Assembly (NCBI GenBank): GCA_964016885.1
Contig: OZ024740.1
Location: 23,684,001-23,748,000, forward strand
Origin: Eledone cirrhosa
Lineage: Eukaryota
Reading direction: 5' to 3'
Length of the DNA stretch: 64,000 nucleotides
Shown here: positions 55,251 through 64,000 of the stretch, piece after piece
Numbering within the stretch: the first letter of the stretch is position 1
Layout of the letters: each line of letters begins with the position of its first letter
Program-made: the position numbers and the translations under genes
The notes under the pieces: model-generated
What the model saw: only the letters and a program-made list of their open reading frames with translations
Databases searched by the model: none
Told to the model about the DNA's origin: nothing

Positions 55251-58239
55251 TGAGTTAACCAACAGATCTACTGGCAGTTACAACAACATGGCTGACATAT
55301 ATATCTTGTGTAGCTAGGGAAGGAAGCTGAGTCAACTAACAGACCAACTGGTAGTTACAACACCATGGCTGATATCGATATCTTGTGTAGCTAGAGAAGG
55401 AAGCTGAGTCAGTCAACAGACCAACTAGCAGTTACAACAACATGGCTGACATATATAGCTTGTGTAGCTAGAGAAGGAAACTGAGTCAGTCAACAGACCA
55501 ACTGGTAGTTACAACAACTTGGCTGACATATATATCTTGAGTAGCTAGAGAAGGAAGCTGAGTCAACCAACAGACCAACTGGTAGTTACAACAACATGGC
55601 TGACATATATATCTTGTGTAGCTAGAGAAGGAAGCTGAGTCAACCAACAGACCAACTGGTACTTACAACAACATGGGTGACATATATAGCTTTTGTAGCT
55701 AGAGAAGGAAGCTGAGTCAGTCAACAGACCAACTGGTACTTACAACAACATGGCTGACATATATAGCTTTTGTAGCTAGAGAAGGAAGCTGACTCAGTCA
55801 AGAGACCAACTAGTAGTTACAACAACATGGCTGACATATATAGCTTGTGCAGCTAGAGAAGGTAGCTGAGTCATTTAACAGACCAACTAGTAGTTACAAC
55901 TACATGGCTGACATATATATAGCTTGTGTAGCTAGAGATGGAAGCTGAGTCAACCAACAGACCTACTGGTAGTTACAACAACATGGCTGACATATATAGC
56001 TTGTGTAGCTAGAGAAGGAAGCTGAGTCATCCAACAGACCAACTGGTAGTTACAACAACATGGCTGATATCTATATCTTGTGTAGCTAGAGAAGGAAGCT
56101 GAGTCAATCAACAGACCAACTAGCAGTTACAACAACATGGCTGACATATATAGCTTGTGTAGCTAGAGAAGAAAGATGAGTCAGTCAACAGACCAACTAG
56201 CAGTTACAACAACATGGCTGACATATATATAGCTTGTGTAGCTAGAGAAGGAAGCTGAGTCAACCAACAGACCTACTGGTAGTTACAACAACATGGCTGA
56301 CATATATAGCTTGTGTAGCTAGAGAAGGAAGCTGAGTCATCCAACAGACCAACTGGTAGTTACAACAACATGGCTGACATATATATCTTGTGTAGCTAGA
56401 GAATGAAGATGAGTCAGTCAACAGACCAACTAGTAGTTACAATTACATGACTGACATATATAGCTTGTGTAGCTAGAGAAGGAAGCTGAGTCAGTTAACA
56501 GACCAACTATTAGTTACAACAACATGGCTGATATATATCTTGTGTAGCTAGAGAAGGAAGCTGAGTCAGTTAACAGACCAACTAATAGTTACAACAACAT
56601 GGCTGACATATATATCTTGAGCAGCTAGAATAGGAAGCTGAGTCAGTCAACAGACCAACTGGTAGTTACAACAACATGGCTGACATATATAGCTTGTGAG
56701 GCTAGAGAAGGAAGCTGAGTTAGTCACCAGACCAACTAGTAGTTACAACAACATGGCTGACATATATAACTTGTGTAGCTAGAGAAGGAAGCTGGGTCAG
56801 TCACCAGACCAACTAGTAGTTACAACAACATGGCTGCCATATATTGCTTGAGCAGCTAGAGAAGGAAGATGAGTCAACCAACAGACCAACTGGTACTTAC
56901 AACAAAATGGCTGACATATATAGCTTGTGTAGCTAGAGAAGGAAGCTGAGTCACCCAACAGACCAACTGGTACTTACAACAACATGGGTGACATATATAG
57001 CTTTTGTAGCTAGAGAAGGAAGCTGAGTCAGTCAACAGACCAACTGGTACTTACAACAACATGGCTGACATATATAGCTTGTGTAGCTAGAGAAGGAAGC
57101 TGACTCAGTCAAGAGACCAACTAGTAGTTAAAACAACATGGCTGACATATATAGCTTGTGTAGCTAGAGAAGGAAGCTGAGTTAAACAACAGATCTACTG
57201 GTAGTTACAACAACATGGCTGACATATATAGCTTGTGCAGCTAGAGAAGGAAGCTGAGTCATTTAACAGACCAACTAGTAGTTACAACTACATGGCTGAC
57301 ATATATATATCTTGTGTAGCTAGAGAAGGAAGCTGAGTCAACGAACAGATCTACTGGTAGTTACAACAACATGGCTGACATATATATCTTGTGTAGCTAG
57401 AGAAGGAAGCTGAGTCAACTAACAGACCAACTGGTAGTTACAACAACATGGCTGATATCTATATCTTGTGTAGCTAGAGAAGGAAGCTGAGTCAACCAAC
57501 AGACCAACTGGTAGTTTCAACAACATGGCTGACATATATATCTTGTGTAGCTAGAGAAGGAAGCTGAGTCAACCAACAGATCAACTGGTACTTACAACAA
57601 CATGGGTGACATATATAGCTTGTGTAGCTAGAGAAGGAAGCTGAGTCAATCAACAGACCAACTAGGAGTTACAACAACATGGCTGACATATATAGCTTGA
57701 GCAGCTAGAGAAGGAAGCTGAGTTAACCAACAGACCTACTGGTAGTTACAGCAATATGGCTGACATATACAGCCTGTGTAGCTAGAGAAGGAATCTGAGA
57801 CATTTAACAGACCAACTAGTAGTTACAACAACATGGCTGACATATATAGCTTGTGTAGCTAGAGAAGGAAGCTGAGTCAGTTAACAGACCAACTAGTAGT
57901 TACAACAACATGGCTGACATATATATCTTGAGCAGCTAGAGAAGGAAGCTGAGTCAACCAACAGACCAACTGGTAGTTACAACAACATGGCTGACATATA
58001 TAGCTTGTGTAGCTAGAGAAGGAAGCTGAATCAACCAACAGACCTACTAGTAGTTACAACAACATGACTGACATATATAGCTTGTGTAGCTAGAGAAGGA
58101 AGCTGAATCAACCAACAGACCTACTGGTAGTTACAACAACATAGCTGACATATATATTTGTGTGGCTAGAGAAGGATGCTGAGTCAACCAACAGACCAAT
58201 TGGTAGTTACAACATCATGGCTGACATATATAGCTTATG

Positions 58240-60970
58240 TAGCTAGAGAAGGAAGCTGAGTCAGTTAACAGACCAACTAGTAGTTACAACAACATGGCTG
58301 ACATATATATCTTGAGCAGCTAGAGTAGGAAGCTGAGTCAGTCAACTGATCTACTGGTAGTTACAACAACATGACGGACATATATAGCTTGTGTAGCTAG
58401 AGAAGGAAGCTGAGTCAAACAACAGACCAATTGGTAGTTACAACAACATGGCTGACATATATAGCTTCTGTAGCTAGAGAAGGAAGCTGAGTCAGTTAAC
58501 AGACCAACTAGTAGTTACAACAACATGGCTGACATATATATCTTGAGCAGCTAGAGTAGGAAGCTGAGTCAGTCAACAGACCAACTGGTAGTTACAACAA
58601 CATGGCTGACATATATAGCTTGTGTAGCTAGAGAAGGAAGCTGAGTCAACCAACTGACCAACTGGTACTTACAACAAAATGGCTGACATATATAGCTTGT
58701 GTAGCTAGAGAAGGAAGCTGACTCAGTCAAGAGACCAACTAGTAGTTATAACAACATGGCTGACATATATAGCTTGTGTAGCTAGAGAAGGAAGCTGAGT
58801 GAACCAACAGATCTACTGGTAGTTACAACAATATGGCTGACATATATAGCTTGTGCAGCTAGAGAAGGAAGCTGAGTCAACCAACAGACCAACTGGTACT
58901 TACAACAACATGGCTGACATCTATATCTTGTGTAGCTAGAGAAGGAAGCTGAGTCAGTCAACAGACCAACTAGTAGTTAAAACAACATGGCTGACATATA
59001 TATCTTGTGTAGCTAGAGAAGGAAGCTGAGTTAAACAACAGATCTACTGGTAGTTACAACAACATGGCTGACATATATAGCTTGTGCAGCTGGAGAAGGA
59101 AGCTGAGTCAGTCAACAGACCAACTAGTAGTTACAACAACATGGCTGACATATATAGCTTGAGCAGCTAGAGAAGGAAGCTGAGTCAACCAACAGACCAA
59201 CTGGTAGTTACAACAGCACCGCTGACATATATATTTGTGTAGCTAGAGAATGAAGCTGAGTCAACCAACAGACCAACTGGTACTTACAACAACATGGCTG
59301 AGATATATATCTTGTGTAGCTAGAGAAGGAAGCTGAGTCAGTCAACAGACCAACTGGTAGTTACAACAAAATGGCTGAAATATATAGCTTTTGTAGCTAG
59401 AGAAGGAAGCTGAGTCAACCAACAGACCAACTGGTAGTTACAACAACATGGCTGACATATATAGCTTGTGTAGCTAGAGAAGGAAGCTGATTCAACCAAC
59501 AGACCAACTTGTAGTTACAACAACATGGCTGACATATATATGTTGTGTAGCTAGAGAAGGAAGCTGAGTCAACAAACAGACCTACTGGTAGTTACAGCAA
59601 TATGGCTGACATATACAGCCTGTGTAGCTAGAGAAGGAATCTGAGACATTTAACAGACCAACTAGTAGTTACAACAACATGGCTGACATATATAGCTTGT
59701 GTAGCTAGAGAAGGAAGCTGAGTCAGTTAACAGACCAACTAGTAGTTACAACAACATGGCTGACATATATATCTTGAGCAGCTAGAGAAGGAAGCTGAGT
59801 CATCCAACAGACCAACTGGTAGTTACAACAACATGGCTGACATATATATTTGTGTGGCTAGAGAAGGAAGCTGAGTCAACCAACAGACCAACTGGTAGTT
59901 ACAACAACATGGCTGACATATATAGCTTGTGTAGCTAGAGAAGGAAGCTGAGTCAACCAACAGAGCAACTGGTACTTACAACAACATGGCTGACATATAT
60001 TGCTTGTGTAGCTAGAGAAGGAAGCTGAGTCAGTTAACAGAACAACTAGTAGTTACAACAACATGGCTGACATATATATTTGTGTGGCTAGAGAAGGAAG
60101 CTGAGTCAGTCAACAGACCAACTGGTAGTTACAACAACATGGCTGACATATATAGCTTGAGTAGCTAGAGAAGGAAGCTGAATCAACCAACAGACCTACT
60201 GGTAGTTACAACAACATGGCTGACATATATAGCTTCTGTAGCTAGAGAAGGAAGCTGAGTCAGTTAACAGGCCAACTAGTAGTTACAACAACATGGCTGA
60301 CATATATATCTTGAGCAGCTAGAGTAGGAAGCTGAGTCAGTCGACTGACCTACTGGTAGTTACAACAACATGACGGACATATATAGCTTGTGTAGCTAGA
60401 GAAGGAAGCTGAGTCAACCAACAGACCAATTGGTAGTTACAACAACATGGCTGACATATATAGCTTCTGTAGCTAGAGAAGGAAGCTGAGTCAGTTAACA
60501 GACCAACTAGTAGTTACAACAACATGGCTGACATATATATCTTGAGCAGCTAGAGTAGGAAGCTGAGTCAGTCAACAGACCAACTGGTAGTTACAACAAC
60601 ATGGCTGACATATATAGCTTGTGTAGCTAGAGAAGGAAGCTGAGTCAACCAACTGACCAACTGGTACTTACAACAAAATGGCTGACATATATAGCTTGTG
60701 TAGCTAGAGAAGGAAGCTGACTCAGTCAAGAGACCAACTAGTAGTTATAACAACATGGCTGACATATATAGCTTGTGTAGCTAGAGAAGGAAGCTGAGTG
60801 AACCAACAGATCTACTGGTAGTTACAACAACATGGCTGACATATATAGCTTGTGCAGCAAGAGAAGGAAGCTGAGTCAACCAACAGACCAACTGGTACTT
60901 ACAACAACATGGCTGACATCTATATCTTGTGTAGCTAGAGAAGGAAGCTGAGTCAGTCAACAGACCAACT
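58240..60970. repeat. Duplicated ~9-10-monomer block at 26-monomer offset (1999 bp), within a more diverged duplication of about 57.7-59 kb vs 59.6-61 kb
   Basis: atgacggac 58371/60370 (+1999), followed in both by ccaattgg, gagcagctagagtagg, caactgacc, caaaatgg and gttataac. Upstream, ctgagacattt 57795/59641 is at +1846. Confidence 0.8.
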
Positions 60971-63900
60971 AGCAGTTACAACATCATGGCTGACATATAT
61001 AACTTGTGTAGCTAGAGAAGGAAACTGAGTCAGTCAACAGACCAACTGTTAGTTAAAACAACATGGCTGACATATATAGCTTGTTTAGCTAGAGAAGGAA
61101 GCTGAGTCAGTTAACAGACCAACTAGTAGTTACAACAACATGGCTGACATATATAGCTTGTGTAGCTAGAGAAGGAAGCTGAGTCAGTTAACAGACCAAC
61201 TAGTAGTTACAAAAACATGGCTGACATATATATCTTGTGTAGCTAGATAAGGAAGCTGATTCAGTCAACAGACCAACTAGTAGTTACAACAACATGGCTG
61301 ACATATATAGCTTGAGCAGCTAGAGAAGGAAGCTGAGTCAACCAACAGACCAACTGGTAGTTACAACAACATGGCTGACGTATATATTTGTGTAGCTAGA
61401 GAATGAAGCTGAGTCAACCAACAGACCAACTGGTAGTTACAACAACATGGCTGAGATATATATCTTGTGAAGCTAGAGAAGGAAGCTGAGTCAACCAACA
61501 GACCAACTGGTACTTACAACAAAATGGCTGACATATATAGCTTGTGTAGCTAGAGAAGGAAGCTGACTTAGTCAAGAGACCAACTAGTAGTTATAACAAC
61601 ATGGCTGACATATATAGCTTGTTTAGCTAGAGAAGGAAGCTGAGTGAACCAACAGATCTACTGGTAGTTACAACAACATGGCTGACATATATAGCTTGTG
61701 CAGCTAGAGAAGGAAGCTGAGTCATTCAACAGACCAACTAGTAGTTAAAACTACATGGCTGACATATATATAGCTTGTGTAGCTAGAGAAGGAAGCTGAG
61801 TCGACCAACAGACCTACTGGTAGTTACAACAACATGGCTGACATATATAGCTTGTTTAGCTAGAGAAGGAAGCTGAGTCAGTTAACAGACCAACTAGTAG
61901 TTACAACAACATGGCTGACATATATAGCTTGTGTAGCTAGAGAAGGAAGCTGAGTCAGTCAACAGACCAACTGGTAGTTACAACAACATGGCTGACATAT
62001 ATAGCTTGTGTAGCTATAGAAGGAAGTTGAGTCAGTCAACAGACCAACTAGAAGGTACAAAAACATGGCTGACATATATAGCATGTGTAGCTAGGGAAGG
62101 AAGCTGAGTCAACCAACAGGCCAACTGGTAGTTAAAACAACATGGCTGACATATATAGCTTGTGTAGCTAGAGAAGGAAGCTGAGTGAACCAACAGATCT
62201 ACTGGTAGTTACAACAACATGGCTGACATATATAGCTTGTGCAGCTAGAGAAGGAAGCTGAGTCAACCAACAGACCAACTGGTACTTACAACAACATGGC
62301 TGACATCTATATCTTGTGTAGCTAGAGAAGGAAGCTGAGTCAGTCAACAGACCAACTAGCAGTTACAACATCATGGCTGACATATATAACTTGTGTAGCT
62401 AGAGAAGGAAACTGAGTCAGTCAACAGACCAACTGTTAGTTAAAACAACATGGCTGACATATATAGCTTGTTTAGCTAGAGAAGGAAGCTGAGTCAGTTA
62501 ACAGACCAACTAGTAGTTACAACAACATGGCTGACATATATAGCTTGTGTAGCTAGAGAAGGAAGCTGAGTCAGTTAACAGACCAACTAGTAGTTACAAA
62601 AACATGGCTGACATATATATCTTGTGTAGCTAGATAAGGAAGCTGATTCAGTCAACAGACCAACTAGTAGTTACAACAACATGGCTGACATATATAGCTT
62701 GAGCAGCTAGAGAAGGAAGCTGAGTCAACCAACAGACCAACTGGTAGTTACAACAACATGGCTGACATATATATTTGTGTAGCTAGAGAATGAAGCTGAG
62801 TCAACCAACAGACCAACTGGTCGTTACAACAACATGGCTGAGATATATATCTTGTGAAGCTAGAGAAGGAAGCTGAGTCAACCAACAGACCAACTGGTAC
62901 TTACAACAAAATGGCTGACATATATAGCTTGTGTAGCTAGAGAAGGAAGCTGACTTAGTCAAGAGACCAACTAGTAGTTATAACAACATGGCTGACATAT
63001 ATAGCTTGTTTAGCTAGAGAAGGAAGCTGAGTGAACCAACAGATCTACTGGTAGTTACAACAACATGGCTGACATATATAGGTTGTGCAGCCAGAGAAGG
63101 AAGCTGAGTCATTCAACAGACCAACTAGTAGTTAAAACTACATGGCTGACATATATATAGCTTGTGTAGCTAGAGAAGGAAGCTGAGTCGACCAACAGAC
63201 CAACTAGTAGTTACAACAACATGGCTGACATATATAGCTTGTGTAGCTAGAGAAGGAAGCTGACTCAGTCAACAGACCAACTAGTAGTTACAACAACATG
63301 GCTGACATATATATCTTCAGAAGCTAGAGTAGGAAGCTGAGTCAGTCAACAGACCAACTGGTAGTTACAACAACATGGCTGACATATATAGCTTGTGTAG
63401 CTATAGAAGGAAGTTGAGTCAGTCAACAGACCAACTAGAAGGTACAAAAACATGGCTGACATATATAGCATGTGTAGCTAGGGAAGGAAGCTGAGTCAAC
63501 CAACAGGCCAACTGGTAGTTAAAACAACATGGCTGACATATATAGCTTGTGTAGCTAGAGAAGGAAGCTGAGTGAACCAACAGATCTACTGGTAGTTACA
63601 ACAACATGGCTGACATATATAGCTTGTGCAGCTAGAGAAGGCAGCTGAGTCAACCAACAGACCAACTGGTAGTTACAACAACATGGCTGACATCTATATC
63701 TTGTGTAGCTAGAGAAGGAAGCTGAGTCTGTCAACAGACCAACTAGCAGTTACAACATCATGGCTGACATATATAACTTGTGTAGCTAGAGAAGGAAACT
63801 GAATCAGTCAACAGACCAACTGGTAGTTAAAACAACATGGCTGACATATATAGCTTGTGTAGCTAGAGAAGGAAGCTGGGTCAGTTAACAGACCAACTAG

Positions 63901-64000
63901 TAGTTACAACAACATGGCTGACATATATAGCTTGTGTAGCTAGAGAAGGAAGCTGAGTCAGTTAACAGACCAAATAGTAGTTACAACAACATGGCTGACA
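60760..64000. repeat. 18-monomer higher-order repeat (period 1387 bp), at least 2.3 copies, running off the window end
   Basis: acatcatgg 60981/62368/63755, tagataagg 61244/62631, gaaggtacaaaaac 62051/63438 and gtgaacc 60798/62185 are all at +1387. Confidence 0.9.

Larger units (their letters stand above)
1..64000. repeat. Tandem satellite array, 77-bp monomer, about 830 head-to-tail copies, open at both window ends
   Basis: Monomer 1 spans 1-77 (tcaaccaaca...agctgag) and the next starts at 78 (tcagtcaacag). The same unit recurs in one orientation on every line up to base 64000. The consensus composition is A27 C14 G19 T17. Most monomers differ from consensus by only a few substitutions, with occasional small indels. 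Confidence 0.99.

Noticed and set aside
1-64000. CRISPR array or other repeat-spacer system (period similar to repeat plus spacer)
   Set aside because: There are no unique spacers. The entire 77 bp is conserved between units, and there is no leader or cas gene in the window.
1-64000. 154-bp nucleosome-sized dimer as the true repeat unit
   Set aside because: The GT and AC monomer classes do not alternate; runs of the same class are common (e.g. consecutive AC monomers at about 8640-9000). Odd-numbered duplication periods (7, 25, 51, 63) also occur.
1-64000. Telomeric repeat, CENP-B box, rDNA spacer or 5S array
   Set aside because: No telomere-type G-rich short repeat, no TTCG....A..CGGG CENP-B motif and no rRNA-like sequence were seen.
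1-64000. Information-bearing code in the order of variant monomers (e.g. a diversity-generating cassette array)
   Set aside because: The variant order is adequately explained by nested duplications, deletions and conversion. There is no associated expression site, recombinase or reverse transcriptase in the window.

Overview
The whole 64-kb window is one uninterrupted, head-to-tail satellite DNA array of a 77-bp monomer (about 830 copies, about 43% GC, no CpG in the consensus). Consensus: TCA(GT/AC)CAACAGACCAACT(G/A)GTAGTTACAACAACATGGCTGACATATATAGCTTGTGTAGCTAGAGAAGGAAGCTGAG. I saw no unique sequence, inversion, transposon insertion, RNA gene or credible protein-coding gene. The listed ORFs are chance read-throughs of the repeat. 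I do not recognise the satellite family or the organism; a eukaryotic heterochromatic or (peri)centromeric array is the most plausible context, but that is inference. The informative structure lies in the variant monomers. Shared rare variants reveal nested, near-identical multi-monomer duplications with offsets of 538, 1078, 1387, 1927, 1999, 3926, 4822 and 8518-8902 bp. They also reveal region-specific variant sets, similarity between the two ends of the window, chimeric monomers that localise exchange points, and two main monomer classes that look like alternative 4-bp duplications. All offsets were counted by hand from marker variants, and block boundaries are approximate (about one monomer or more). 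I found no evidence for a novel gene-encoded system.
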